This document shows positions 28,890-39,358 of a stretch of DNA of 64,000 nt, piece after piece. A program made the position numbers and the translations under genes. The notes beneath the pieces were generated by a model that was not told where the DNA came from, ran no database searches, and worked only from the letters and a program-made list of their open reading frames with translations. Source of the DNA: Thermoanaerobaculia bacterium (GTDB lineage: Bacteria; Acidobacteriota; Thermoanaerobaculia; Multivoradales; Multivoraceae). Position 1 is the stretch's first letter, and the number at the start of each line of letters is the position of its first letter. Where the stretch lies: contig OY761158.1 of NCBI GenBank assembly GCA_963664405.1, forward strand, positions 4,288,001-4,352,000, given 5' to 3'.

Positions 28890-31790
28890 ATGGACTGGAT
28901 CGACGTTCGCGGCGCCCGCCAGCACAACCTCAAAAACCTGAGCCTCCGCATCCCACGGGATCGCCTCGTGGTGATCACCGGTGTTTCGGGCTCCGGCAAG
29001 TCTTCACTTGCCTTCGACACTCTCTTCGCCGAGGGCCAGCGGCGTTATGTGGAGTCGCTGTCGGCGTACGCAAGACAGTTCCTTACTCAGGTGGACAAGC
29101 CCGACGTCGATTCGATCGAGGGCCTTTCGCCGGCGATCTCGATCGAGCAGAAGTCGGTCTCGAAGAATCCGCGATCGACGGTCGGGACTGTGACCGAGAT
29201 CCAAGACTACCTTCGCTTGCTCTTCGCCTCGGTCGGTCGCCCCTACTGTCCGGAATGCGGCAAGCCGATTCGCCCACAAAGTGTGCAGCAGATGGTCGAT
29301 CGCATTCTTTCTCTGGCCGAGGGGACTCGCATGAGTCTCTTAGCGCCCTATGTGCGCGGCAAGAAGGGAGAATACAAACGCCAGCTGGCACAGATGGCGC
29401 GCGAAGGGTTCCTTCGCGCTCGCATCGACGGCGAGATGGTCGAGCTTTCGGACGAGCTCCCATCTCTCGTGAAACAGCACAAGCACACGATCGAGATCGT
29501 CGTCGACCGACTGGTCATCAAGGACGGAATCCACAAGCGGGTCACTGACTCCTTGGAGACAGCCCTGCGTGTGGGCCAGGGTCTTGCCATTGTCGCGGCC
29601 GCGGGTCGCCCGGAGGAGACTCTGTCCCAGCACTACTCATGTACCGACTGTGGTGCGGGCCCGACCGAGATCACTCCGCGGCTTTTCTCCTTCAACAGCC
29701 CCTACGGTGCCTGCGCTGAATGCTCCGGCCTTGGCTCGCTGCGTAGAGTCGACGAGGCGAAGTTGATTGCAGATCCAGAGGTGTCGGTCGAGCAGGGGGC
29801 TCTCGCACCGTGGCGGGCAGGGGCCAAGTCGTCTTGGCGCCTTGGCATGATTCGGACTCTCGCCGAGGCAATGGATTTCACGCTGACCACGCCCTGGAAG
29901 GAGATTCCGGAAGAGGGGCGCTTAGCGATCCTTCATGGCAGCAGTAACCGTGAGCTCGAGTTCCGGGTCGGCGGCAAGCGCAGCTCCTATACCTGGAAGG
30001 GCAAGTACGAGGGCGTGATCCCGATGCTCGAGCGGCGCTACCGCGAAACGGAGTCGGCCGGTGTCCGCGCGGAGATCGAGAAGTACATGGCGGTACGCCG
30101 GTGTCCCAGTTGCCGTGGCCGGCGGCTGCGCAAAGAGGCGCTGGCGGTCAAGGTCGGCGGAAGCTCGATTGACGAGCTCACCGGGGTGCCGGTTGCTGAG
30201 CTGCGCAGCACTGTCGAAGGCCTCGAGCTCGGCGCGAAGGAGCGCCTCATCGCCGAGAAGATCCTCCAGGAGATTCTCGACCGTTTACGCTTTCTCGATG
30301 ACGTAGGCGTGGGCTACCTCACCCTGGATCGATCCTCCGCGACGCTTTCAGGAGGCGAGAGCCAGCGCATCAGGTTGGCTACGCAGATCGGCAGCAAATT
30401 GATGGGAGTGCTCTATGTGCTCGACGAGCCTTCGATCGGTCTTCATCAGAGAGACAACGAGCGCTTGCTCAACACTCTTCGTGGGATGCGGGATCTCGGG
30501 AACTCGGTGCTCGTGGTGGAGCACGACGAAGAAACGATTCGCAGTGCCGATTGGGTGATCGACCTCGGTCCGGGCGCTGGCGTGCACGGCGGTGAGGTGG
30601 TTGGAGAGGGCTCGGTTGCTGATCTCGCAGCGAGTCCGCGGTCCCTCACATCGAAGTATCTTCGTGGAGAGTTGCGGGTACCGGTATCGGCTAAGCGTCG
30701 CAAGGGGAACGGAGAGGTCCTGAGGATAGAAGGTGCTCGGCACAACAATCTGCGCGACTTGGACGTCGAGATCCCCCTTGGCACCTTCACCGTGGTCACA
30801 GGTGTCTCAGGTTCGGGCAAGAGTAGCTTGGTACACGACGTTCTCTATCGGGGTCTGGCTCGCCACTTCTATAGAGCCGAAGAACCGGCCGGCGAGCACG
30901 AGGCGATCGTCGGGTTGGAGCACATCGACAAAGTCATCGCGATCGACCAGAGTCCGATCGGCCGCACTCCACGCTCCAACCCTGCTACCTACACCAAAGT
31001 CTTCTCCCACATCCGCAGCCTGATGGCCAAGATCCCGGAGGCTCAGGCCCGTGGATATGGACCGGGTCGCTTCTCTTTCAATGTCAAGGGCGGTCGCTGT
31101 GAGGCTTGTGCCGGGGACGGTCGGATCAAGATCGAGATGCACTTTCTGCCCGACATCTACGTCGAGTGCGAGGTCTGCGGCGGGCGGCGTTATGAGAGGG
31201 AGACGCTGGCGGTAACTTTCAAGGGACTCAACATTGCGGACATTCTCGAGCTCAGCGTCGAGGAGGCACGTGAGTTTTTTCGCCATGTGCCCCCGATCGA
31301 GAGGGTGCTCAAGACTCTCGACGAGGTCGGCCTCGGTTACCTGCATCTGGGGCAGCCGGCTACGACGCTCTCCGGTGGAGAGGCGCAGCGGGTGAAGCTC
31401 TCCACCGAGCTTTGCAAACGCTCGACGGGTCGAACCCTTTATCTGCTCGACGAGCCGACGACGGGTCTTCACTTCGATGACGTGCGTCGGTTGCTCGAGC
31501 TTCTTCATCGACTCGTCGACATGGGCAACACCGTAGTGGTCGTAGAGCACAACCTAGAGGTAATCAAGACTGCGGACTGGGTCTTGGATCTCGGGCCTGA
31601 AGGGGGTGAGGACGGGGGGCGCCTGGTCGTTGCGGGCCCGCCCGAGGCTGTGGCCAGGTCCAAGAAGAGTCACACCGGCAGCTACCTCGGCCCCGCGCTT
31701 GCCGCGGCGAAGAAGGCCGGCTCGAGTAGCCGCGGCGCGCGCGCGAAGAAGGCACCGCGCCGCCGCCGTTCAGCGCCCGCTCGCGCCTGA
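28890..31790 (+). CDS. uvrA: Excinuclease ABC subunit A
   Basis: GARQHNLK, two GVSGSGKSS, zinc fingers, LSGGE. Confidence 0.97.
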   Translation: MDWIDVRGARQHNLKNLSLRIPRDRLVVITGVSGSGKSSLAFDTLFAEGQRRYVESLSAYARQFLTQVDKPDVDSIEGLSPAISIEQKSVSKNPRSTVGTVTEIQDYLRLLFASVGRPYCPECGKPIRPQSVQQMVDRILSLAEGTRMSLLAPYVRGKKGEYKRQLAQMAREGFLRARIDGEMVELSDELPSLVKQHKHTIEIVVDRLVIKDGIHKRVTDSLETALRVGQGLAIVAAAGRPEETLSQHYSCTDCGAGPTEITPRLFSFNSPYGACAECSGLGSLRRVDEAKLIADPEVSVEQGALAPWRAGAKSSWRLGMIRTLAEAMDFTLTTPWKEIPEEGRLAILHGSSNRELEFRVGGKRSSYTWKGKYEGVIPMLERRYRETESAGVRAEIEKYMAVRRCPSCRGRRLRKEALAVKVGGSSIDELTGVPVAELRSTVEGLELGAKERLIAEKILQEILDRLRFLDDVGVGYLTLDRSSATLSGGESQRIRLATQIGSKLMGVLYVLDEPSIGLHQRDNERLLNTLRGMRDLGNSVLVVEHDEETIRSADWVIDLGPGAGVHGGEVVGEGSVADLAASPRSLTSKYLRGELRVPVSAKRRKGNGEVLRIEGARHNNLRDLDVEIPLGTFTVVTGVSGSGKSSLVHDVLYRGLARHFYRAEEPAGEHEAIVGLEHIDKVIAIDQSPIGRTPRSNPATYTKVFSHIRSLMAKIPEAQARGYGPGRFSFNVKGGRCEACAGDGRIKIEMHFLPDIYVECEVCGGRRYERETLAVTFKGLNIADILELSVEEAREFFRHVPPIERVLKTLDEVGLGYLHLGQPATTLSGGEAQRVKLSTELCKRSTGRTLYLLDEPTTGLHFDDVRRLLELLHRLVDMGNTVVVVEHNLEVIKTADWVLDLGPEGGEDGGRLVVAGPPEAVARSKKSHTGSYLGPALAAAKKAGSSSRGARAKKAPRRRRSAPARA

Positions 31791-31812
31791 GTCGCTCCGT
31801 TAGAATAGGGCT

Positions 31813-33288
31813 GTGGTACAGCCTGGAGTAGACTTAACCGTCAATCGGCGGCGATTGCAGCTCGAGACCCTCTACGATCTGCTGGTCGCTCTTCATGGCC
31901 ATAGCTCCGAGGAAGAGCAGATCGAGGACCTGCTCCAACGCGTGTGTGCGGTTCTCGACCCGGCCGCGGCTGCGGTAGTGACCCGGGACCCTCAGGGGGG
32001 GCCGCGAGCTGCGGCCACGGCTGGCTGGCCGGGACAGGCGCCGGGCGGCGAGGCACTGCTCGAGGATGCGCTATGGCAAGAGCTGCTGACCCAGGGGCGG
32101 CCTATTGAACGACAGGATGGGGTGTTCTCTGGGCGCCCGTTTCGCAGTCTGCTAGCGGTTCCGTTGCAGTATCGGTCCGTTTTTCAGGGCTACCTGGTCC
32201 TGCTCGACAAGGAGACGCGAGGCGAGGCCAGCTCTGCCTTCACGGAAGAAGATCGGCGGTTCTTGGTCGCAGTCTCTGCCCTCTCCGGCGTCACTCTCGA
32301 CGGCCTGCGCCAGCGGGCTTCTCTGCTTACCGAGAGCGAGCGTCTCTTGGAGGAGAACAAGGTTCTCCGTGGTCGCTTCGTCGAGGAGGTTGGTGGGAGG
32401 CGTATCGTCGCTCACGCGCCGGCGATGCTCCGAGTGCTCGAGAAAGTCGAGCGGGTGGCCCCTCGAAACGTGAGCGTTGTGATCCGCGGCGAGAGCGGCA
32501 CCGGTAAAGAGCTGGTGGCGAAGCTGATCCATCTACGCTCCCAGCGAAGCGGGCCGCTGGTCGCGGTGAACTGTGCCGCTCTGCCCGAGAGCCTGCTCGA
32601 GAGTGAGCTCTTCGGTATCGAGGGAGGAGTCGCGACCGGTGTACGTGCGCGGGCGGGCAAGTTCGAGCTTGCCAACAAGGGAACTCTCTTTCTCGACGAG
32701 ATCGGGGATATGGACCTGAATCTGCAGGTCAAGCTGCTCCGTGTGTTGCAGGAGCGAGAGGTGGTTCGGGTCGGGGGCAGTCAATCGATGGCGGTCGACG
32801 TGCGCTTGCTTGCCGCGACTCATCGAGAGGTCGAGGCGTTGATTCAGGAGGGCTCCTTCCGTGAGGATCTCTACTATCGGATCAAGGGGGTGGACATCGA
32901 GCTTCCGCCGCTGCGAGAGAGGCGAGAGGACATTCCCCACCTGGTCCGGCACTTTGCCGCCGAGTTCTGCGTCAGAGAGGGTATCGAGGTGCCTCCTTTC
33001 AGCCGCGAAGCACTCGGTCTCTTTCTCCGCCACGACTATCCTGGCAATGTGAGGGAGCTACAGAACCTGGTCGAGGGCGCGGTTTCCCTCGCAGATCCCG
33101 AGGTCGACGGCGAGCTGGTCCACTCTCTGATCGGGAGCGGTGGGCCCCAAGGGCCTGAGGCTCTCGACCTCGACACGGTTACCCAGATGCACATTCAGAA
33201 GGTGCTGCGGCTTTGCGGCGGCAACAAGAGTGCGGCTGCTCGGGTACTGGGCTGCGATCGTCGCACTCTCCTTCGCAAGGGATTCTGA
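31813..33288 (+). CDS. GAF-domain sigma54-type enhancer-binding protein (GVATGV loop)
   Basis: GAF, GESGTGKE, FLDEIGD, YPGNVREL, Fis HTH. Confidence 0.9.
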   Translation: MVQPGVDLTVNRRRLQLETLYDLLVALHGHSSEEEQIEDLLQRVCAVLDPAAAAVVTRDPQGGPRAAATAGWPGQAPGGEALLEDALWQELLTQGRPIERQDGVFSGRPFRSLLAVPLQYRSVFQGYLVLLDKETRGEASSAFTEEDRRFLVAVSALSGVTLDGLRQRASLLTESERLLEENKVLRGRFVEEVGGRRIVAHAPAMLRVLEKVERVAPRNVSVVIRGESGTGKELVAKLIHLRSQRSGPLVAVNCAALPESLLESELFGIEGGVATGVRARAGKFELANKGTLFLDEIGDMDLNLQVKLLRVLQEREVVRVGGSQSMAVDVRLLAATHREVEALIQEGSFREDLYYRIKGVDIELPPLRERREDIPHLVRHFAAEFCVREGIEVPPFSREALGLFLRHDYPGNVRELQNLVEGAVSLADPEVDGELVHSLIGSGGPQGPEALDLDTVTQMHIQKVLRLCGGNKSAAARVLGCDRRTLLRKGF

Positions 33289-33301
33289 CCAGCCGGTCGG
33301 A

Positions 33302-33418
33302 TGCGACAATATGTCCTGTATGCGTCAATATACGACAGAAGGGCTCGGGGCGTGGCAGTAATTACTCTTTCCGAGTGTCCCTTTCTTAGGGATTGTCTGT
33401 GCCTGCGACATAATGTCA
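33302..33418. promoter_or_regulatory. Two dyad sites TGCGACA-N3-TGTC (putative upstream activator sequences)
   Basis: TGCGACAATATGTC at 33302 and TGCGACATAATGTC at 33404. Confidence 0.6.
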
Positions 33419-33506
33419 CGCGCGGGACGCGGTGGCTGCTCCAGGAGATTTGATTATTCCTCTGTAAGCTGTTTATTTACAGTGGTTTGAGACGCTGTCT
33501 TCGGAG

Positions 33507-33522
33507 TGGCAGGGACCTTGCT
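33507..33522 (+). promoter_or_regulatory. sigma54 promoter, with IHF-like site ~33465-33477
   Basis: TGGCAGG-GACC-TTGCT; minus-strand AATAAACAGCTTA is one mismatch from WATCAAN4TTR. Confidence 0.75.
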
Positions 33523-33551
33523 ACCCCTTCCTTCTAGAGGAAAGGGGTCTC

Positions 33552-33707
33552 ATGTTAGAATCGATTCGAAAAATCGCAGCGTTCCCGCGGGTTCCTGTTC
33601 TGCCGTTGGCGTCGATCGGCGTCTTCGTTACTTTTTTTTGGCTCTTGGCTCAGAACGACATTCATCCCTTCGTGATCTACCTCGCCCAGTTGTATCTGAC
33701 CTTCTAG
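33552..33707 (+). CDS. 51-aa hydrophobic small protein (not in ORF track)
   Basis: MLESIRKIAAFPRVPVLPLASIGVFVTFFWLLAQNDIHPFVIYLAQLYLTF*, purine-rich RBS, first ORF after the sigma54 promoter. Confidence 0.6.
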   Translation: MLESIRKIAAFPRVPVLPLASIGVFVTFFWLLAQNDIHPFVIYLAQLYLTF

Positions 33708-33729
33708 GGTCTCCGTTTCGGTTCCTATC

Positions 33730-34158
33730 ATGGCAAAGTCCGCCGTTCTCAAGGAGGTCATCGTGACTCTCCCGATGACGCCGGAGATCGAGCGTGACGC
33801 GTGTGAGAAGGCTTCGGCGGTGGCGCGCTCGATGGGGATGAGTCAAGACAAGATCGACGAAGTCAAGATCGCGGTGATCGAGGCCTGTCTCAATGCACTC
33901 CAGCACAGCAAGGCCACGCTCCGCGAGTTCGAGCTGGAGCTGTCGATCCTCGGTGGTGCGGAGCCGGAGGCGCTCCAGATCGCGGTCCGGGATACTGGCG
34001 TAGGGTTCAGCCGAACCCAGCTGGAGGGGCGCAAGCCCGAGAAGCCAGGGCTTCGCAAGCGGGGGTGGGGATTGAAGATCATCGAAGGGCTGATGGACGA
34101 AGTGCACATAGAGTCTGGCGCATCCGGCACGACTGTCGTGATGCGCAAAACGCGCTGA
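33730..34158 (+). CDS. RsbW-like anti-sigma/Ser kinase
   Basis: IAVIEACLNALQH, DTGVGF, RGWGLKIIEGLMDEV. Confidence 0.88.
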   Translation: MAKSAVLKEVIVTLPMTPEIERDACEKASAVARSMGMSQDKIDEVKIAVIEACLNALQHSKATLREFELELSILGGAEPEALQIAVRDTGVGFSRTQLEGRKPEKPGLRKRGWGLKIIEGLMDEVHIESGASGTTVVMRKTR

Positions 34159-34169
34159 AGGTGGGGTGG

Positions 34170-34526
34170 ATGACCGAGAGCATGAAGATCACCGTGGATC
34201 GTCGCGACGGAATCGCGTTGATCTATACGGATGGATACATCAACAACCAGGGTGGCGAAGAGATCGCTCGCGTTGCGTACGAGCTCATCGACGGCGGTTA
34301 CAAACGACTCCTGCTCAACCTGGAGAAGACCAAGATCGTCAACTCGATCGGGATCTCGATCCTGATCGAGATCATCGAGAAGATGATCGAGATCGACGGC
34401 CGACTGGCCTTTTGCAACCTCACGCCTACGATCGACAAGACTTTTCACATCATGGGCTTGGCGCAGTATTCGAGCATTTATCCCGACGAGGCGTCGGCGG
34501 TCGAACAGCAGAAGTCCGCGGAGTGA
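34170..34526 (+). CDS. STAS anti-anti-sigma factor (RsbV-like)
   Basis: LLLNLEKTKIVNSIGISIL (phospho-Ser motif), FHIMGL. Confidence 0.88.
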   Translation: MTESMKITVDRRDGIALIYTDGYINNQGGEEIARVAYELIDGGYKRLLLNLEKTKIVNSIGISILIEIIEKMIEIDGRLAFCNLTPTIDKTFHIMGLAQYSSIYPDEASAVEQQKSAE

Positions 34527-34527
34527 G

Positions 34528-36090
34528 GTGTCTGCTCCCACCGTTACCCCTGATTGGCAGGAGATCCTAGGCGAGCTCGCCCGCGGCGAGGATGACAGCC
34601 TGCTCCGTCGTCTGCTGGCGATGTGGTGCCGGGAGCGCGATGTCGCCGCCGCCGCTCTCTACGTCGGCGAGACCTCCCCTCAGCACTTAGCCGCAAGCTT
34701 TGGCGGACGGAGCTTTCCCGCCAGGGCTGACGATGCGGATGCCTCCGAGCTTGCTCGCGTCGCACTGCCGAACGGCGTCATTCTCCACACGCCCGGGAGC
34801 GCCGTAGCTACTGGCGCGATCGATGCGCTGCTCGTCCAAGGGGCCGAGATTCGTCGTCTCCGTAGGCAAGTGCGCCACCAGCACTTCCAAAAGAACTACC
34901 GGCTGGTCGAGCTAGAGGCGGTTTACGAGGTCGGGCTAGCGATTGCTTCGACACTGAATCTGGACGACCTTTCGGAGGGCGTTCTGTTGCGTGCCGTCTC
35001 ACTGTCGGACGCTCGCCGCGGGGCACTCTACCTCCTGGAGGGTGATGAGCTTCGCTTGCAGGGCACGATCGGAGGGGATGCGCGAGAGCGGATCCCTCAG
35101 AGCGACCGCCAGGTTGCCCTGCTTCTCGCTGACGAAGCGGACCCGGACCAGGATGTGCTTCCTGGAGCGCGCCACATTCTGGCGGTGCCGATCGAGATCG
35201 ATGGCTTATCGCGAGGCTTGTTGGCGATCGGCGACAAAGAGAGTCGCACCGGAGTGGGACCCTTCCTCGAGGCGGATCGCCGCACCCTCGGACTGTTCGC
35301 AAATCAGGCCGCTATTGCTCTGGAGAACGCCCGCCTCCACCGCGAGGCACTGGAGAAAGAGCGGCTGGTGCGAGAAATGGAGCTCGCGTCGGAGATCCAG
35401 AAGAGACTTCTACCCAAGGACACGCCGCTGTTCGATCGCTTCGAGCTGGTGGGTTGGAATCGCCCCACCTGGCAGGTCGGAGGCGACTACTACGACTTCA
35501 TGCAACTCGCTGGCGGGCACCTCGGCCTGGTGGTGGCCGATGTCACGGGTAAGGGGTTGCCCGCCGCCCTCCTGGTTTCGACGCTGCACTCTGCGCTGAG
35601 GCTTCTCTTCGACGGCGCTGCGGTTGACGACGGGCTTCTCTCGAGGCTCAATGAGCACATCGTTCAGTCGTCGAGTCCGAACAAGTTCATCACTTTGATT
35701 CTCGCCGAGCTCGACCCGGAAACGGGTGTGCTGCATTCGCTCAACGCCGGGCACAACCCTGGGCTCCTCGTGGGTGCCAACGAGGAGATCTCAGAGCTCT
35801 CGGCGAGTGGTATGCCGCTGGGGTTACTGTCAGGGTCGAGCTACCGTTCCCAGGGACTCGAGATGACAAAGGGTGATTTACTGTGCCTCTATAGTGATGG
35901 AATTACCGAGTGTGTGTCGCCCAGCGATGAAGAGTATGGCCAGGAGCGTCTCGAAGAGCTCCTGCGCCGCGAGCGTGGGCGCCCGGTTTCAGAGATCCTT
36001 ACCTGCATCGAGACGGCGATGGGCGACTTCGCCGCCGGTTGCCCGCAGTCCGATGACCAGACCGTCGTACTGCTTCGTCAGACGAGTTGA
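34528..36090 (+). CDS. GAF + SpoIIE/PP2C phosphatase (RsbU-like)
   Basis: [39 protein letters not shown]. Confidence 0.9.
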   Translation: MSAPTVTPDWQEILGELARGEDDSLLRRLLAMWCRERDVAAAALYVGETSPQHLAASFGGRSFPARADDADASELARVALPNGVILHTPGSAVATGAIDALLVQGAEIRRLRRQVRHQHFQKNYRLVELEAVYEVGLAIASTLNLDDLSEGVLLRAVSLSDARRGALYLLEGDELRLQGTIGGDARERIPQSDRQVALLLADEADPDQDVLPGARHILAVPIEIDGLSRGLLAIGDKESRTGVGPFLEADRRTLGLFANQAAIALENARLHREALEKERLVREMELASEIQKRLLPKDTPLFDRFELVGWNRPTWQVGGDYYDFMQLAGGHLGLVVADVTGKGLPAALLVSTLHSALRLLFDGAAVDDGLLSRLNEHIVQSSSPNKFITLILAELDPETGVLHSLNAGHNPGLLVGANEEISELSASGMPLGLLSGSSYRSQGLEMTKGDLLCLYSDGITECVSPSDEEYGQERLEELLRRERGRPVSEILTCIETAMGDFAAGCPQSDDQTVVLLRQTS

Positions 36091-36854
36091 CGATGAGGCT
36101 CGCGGGGGTGGTCGGGGCGCGGGCGACCGGAGCCGCCTTGGTCTCTCTCAGTGCTTGTTTCATCCTTCTCGGAGCTCTTGTGGGGTTGCGTGAGGTGATC
36201 GGCAGCCAGGAAGGCGGAGGCTGGAGTGAGCGGCGCTCGGAAATGGTGGAAGAGCAGATTCGTGCCCGGGGTGTTTCCGATCTCGAGGTGCTTCGGGCGA
36301 TGGCGTCCGTGCCACGCCATCTCTTCGTTCCCGAAACGCTACAGGGGCGCTCGTACGAGGACTACCCGCTCCCCCTCGAGCACGATCAGACGATCTCTCA
36401 GCCCTATATCGTCGCTTTCATGACCGAGCTTCTCGAGCTCGAAGGCGACGAGAAGGTCCTCGAGATCGGCACCGGCTCGGGTTACCAAGCGGCGGTCCTA
36501 GCCGAGATTGCGGCGGAGATCTACAGCATCGAGATCGTAGAGCCTCTCGCGACCTCTGCACGGAAACGGTTGGCCGAGCTTGGCTACCGGAACATCGAGG
36601 TGAGAGCGGGTGACGGTTACGCGGGGTGGCCCGAAGAGGCGCCCTTCGATGCGATCATTCTGACCGCCGCCCCGCCCTCGATCCCGCAGCCGCTGATCGA
36701 TCAGTTGGCAATCGGTGGCAGGTTGATTGCACCGGTGGGGCGATCAGATCAAGAGCTCGTGTTGCTTCAAAAGACCGCAAATGGGGTCGAAAGGCGCAAG
36801 TCGATCCCGGTGCGCTTCGTACCCATGACCGGTACCGCGCAGGAGAAGCGATAA
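36087..36854 (+). CDS. pcm: Protein-L-isoaspartate O-methyltransferase with N-terminal hydrophobic segment
   Basis: [37 protein letters not shown]. Confidence 0.92.
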   Translation: MTMRLAGVVGARATGAALVSLSACFILLGALVGLREVIGSQEGGGWSERRSEMVEEQIRARGVSDLEVLRAMASVPRHLFVPETLQGRSYEDYPLPLEHDQTISQPYIVAFMTELLELEGDEKVLEIGTGSGYQAAVLAEIAAEIYSIEIVEPLATSARKRLAELGYRNIEVRAGDGYAGWPEEAPFDAIILTAAPPSIPQPLIDQLAIGGRLIAPVGRSDQELVLLQKTANGVERRKSIPVRFVPMTGTAQEKR

Positions 36855-36856
36855 CG

Positions 36857-37813
36857 ATGTCGGTTGCCGGCCGGGCAGCTGTCCTTGGCTTGGCGCTGGC
36901 CGTCGTTGGGTGTGTCGAGCCCACGCCGGAGGACTCGACTGAGGAGGGAGAGACGACGAAGGCACGCACCGATAGCCGCCTGGTCGTAGCCGTCGTCAAC
37001 CATCCCTTGGAGTATTTCGCCCAGCGAATCGGCGGCGACGCGGTCGAAGTTCTCTTCTCAGCGCCCGCTGGTGTTGATCCGGCTACTTGGTCGCCCGGCG
37101 CGGACATCGTCGGCGCCTACCAGCAGGCCGACCTCATCTTTCTCAATGGCATTGGCTATGCCGGTTGGGTAGAGAGGTCCTCTTTGCCGGCTTCGCGAAT
37201 CGTTGACACCTCGGCCGGGCTCGCCGACCGGCTGATTCCCATCGAAGGATCGGTGACCCATAGTCACGGTACAGAAGGGGAGCACTCTCATCCGAGTTTG
37301 GCTCCGACCGTCTGGTTGGATCCCGGGCTGGCGTCTGCCCAGGCGGCGGCGATCGCGGCGGCTCTCGCAGAGGCACATCCGGCGGTGGCCGACGAGTTTC
37401 AGCGGCGCTTTGGTGAGCTCGAGAGTGATTTGCGCTCCTTGGACGAACGACTGATGCTCGTAGCAGAAGGTATCGCAGAGGAGCCGGTGCTCTTCTCTCA
37501 GCCCGTGTACCAGTATCTGATCCGCCGCTACGGTCTACGCGCACGCGCCTTGGACTGGCAGTCTGACGAGGTCCCCGACGAGGTGGCGTGGAGACGCCTC
37601 GACCGACTTCTAGAAGAGCACCGGGCCGGCTGGATGGTCTGGGACTCGGAGCCCAGCGCTGTCGTTACCCGTGAGCTGTTGCAGCGAGGAGTCGAGAGCT
37701 TGGTTTTCGAGCTTGCCGCCAACCGCCCTTCGGAAGGCGATTTCTTGGCTCAGATGAGGGTCAACATTGCGCGTTTGGAGGCCGCCTTTTCTGCGTTGGA
37801 TTCCGCTCCTTGA
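36857..37813 (+). CDS. ZnuA-like metal-binding lipoprotein
   Basis: Lipobox VVGC, ADLIFLNG, His-rich HSHGTEGEHSH, WLDP. Confidence 0.75.
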   Translation: MSVAGRAAVLGLALAVVGCVEPTPEDSTEEGETTKARTDSRLVVAVVNHPLEYFAQRIGGDAVEVLFSAPAGVDPATWSPGADIVGAYQQADLIFLNGIGYAGWVERSSLPASRIVDTSAGLADRLIPIEGSVTHSHGTEGEHSHPSLAPTVWLDPGLASAQAAAIAAALAEAHPAVADEFQRRFGELESDLRSLDERLMLVAEGIAEEPVLFSQPVYQYLIRRYGLRARALDWQSDEVPDEVAWRRLDRLLEEHRAGWMVWDSEPSAVVTRELLQRGVESLVFELAANRPSEGDFLAQMRVNIARLEAAFSALDSAP

Positions 37814-37839
37814 GGCGGTACACTCCGCTTCCCGGGATT

Positions 37840-37915
37840 GGGGCAGTAGCTCAGTCGGGAGAGCGCCACGTTCGCAACGTGGAGGTCGTGGGTTCGATCC
37901 CCATCTGCTCCACCA
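37840..37915 (+). tRNA. tRNA-Ala (CGC)
   Basis: Cloverleaf, G3:U70, anticodon stem CCACG-TTCGCAA-CGTGG, GGTTCGATCC, encoded CCA. Confidence 0.97.
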
Positions 37916-37995
37916 TTCCCTCGTTTCGCTCGGTCATGGCGGCGCCGATGCGACCTCGCTCAGGCCCGCCCGCGTGACCGCGGCCGGTCCTTGTC

Positions 37996-38985
37996 TTAGT
38001 GGTGACGCCCGCGGACGCCCGACTCCCAGCCTGACCACACACCGAAGGTGCGCATCTGCGCCTCGAGATCGGTGCTCTCGATCAGCCACTCGATCTCCTG
38101 GTGTGTCTGGCGGGGTAACCGATCCTCCGAGTTCGCGAAGCCCCATACCAGGGCTGCGGCGATCGCCGAGTTGAGCTTCAACTGCCGTTGATCGACCTTG
38201 TCGAAAGTGTCGGAGGCGGCGTGATAGTTGGAGGCGTAGTTGGCATCGGCCTGGATCGCGATCAGGTTCGGTACGCCTTCGATCATGAAGTCGCAGTTGT
38301 CGGTTCCGACCAGCGGAACATCGACCTGCTGGAACGGCCCAAGACGGGCCACGGGCAGCAAGTAACCGTCGACCATTTCCGGGAGAGAAGGCCTGCCGCC
38401 GGTATAAAAGCCGAGGATCCGACCTGTACCGATATCGAAGGACGCGGCCATGACGTGGTTGTCGAGCTCATCTTCATGCTGGTCGGTATAGCGCCACGAC
38501 CCCACCAACCCCTGCTCTTCGCCATTCCACAACGCGAAGCGGAGCGTCCGCTCGGGCTCGAGACCCAGGCGCGCAATCTGCCGTGCGATGTCGATCATCA
38601 TCGACACATTCGACCCGTTGTCCAGCGCGCCGGTGCCGAGGTCGTGGGTGTCGAGATGCGCGCCGATCAGAACGATCTCCTGCGGTCGGCTACTGCCGCG
38701 GATCTCGGCGATTACGTTCGCCGACTGGAAGTCATAAGCATCGTCGATGTCCAGCTCGGCCTCCAGGGTGAGCGCCTTGCCGTCTTCGAGGAGACGCAGC
38801 GCTCGGGTCGCGCTCTCGCGCTCCATGAGAACGACAGGTAGCTCGTTCTTGGCGGAGAGCATCGGCAGGCGGTAGAGCAGATTCTTCGGCCGCGACGACA
38901 TGAATACGACCCCGGTGCTGTGGGCATCGATTGCATGCGCCATCGTCATCTCGGTCTTGCCGTACTCGCCGAAGAGGCCGGCAAG
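37996..38985 (-). pseudogene. M28 peptidase (carboxypeptidase Q-like), N-terminus missing
   Basis: GAHLD, GALDNG, NGEEQG, NYHAASDT; no signal peptide or N-terminal part. Confidence 0.7.
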
Positions 38986-39311
38986 GCCGTTGGGGCGATG
39001 CGTGCGAGCTCTGCGCTCCAATTGATCACCACCCGGATCTCCCGTGCCGAGTTGTTCGAGATCATCAGGAAGGAGCCGTCTGTGGCGATGTCATAGTTAC
39101 TCCGATCGACGCCCGACGAGGAGTAGTAGCCCTCGAAGAGCCGTCGGGGCGGGCCAGGGCGCAGCTTCTTGCCCGGCGTCATGGACACCGCCATCATCTC
39201 GGCTCCCCGACGAAAGAAGAGCTCGCGTCCGTCCCGAGACCACGAGGGCTCGGTTCCACTCTCGAGATACAGAATCCAGTGACTGGGAAAGAGATCGTTC
39301 GGATGCTGCAC
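38946..39311 (-). pseudogene. C-terminal fragment of PD40/TolB-like propeller (as in Ser/Thr kinase-propeller proteins)
   Basis: EPSWSRDGRELFF, PRRLFEG, YDIATDG.FLM, VVINW..EL. Confidence 0.65.
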
Positions 39312-39358
39312 TGGCTTCGGGTGGGCTACCGTCCCGGCGGCAATCAGGAGGGCTGCCT

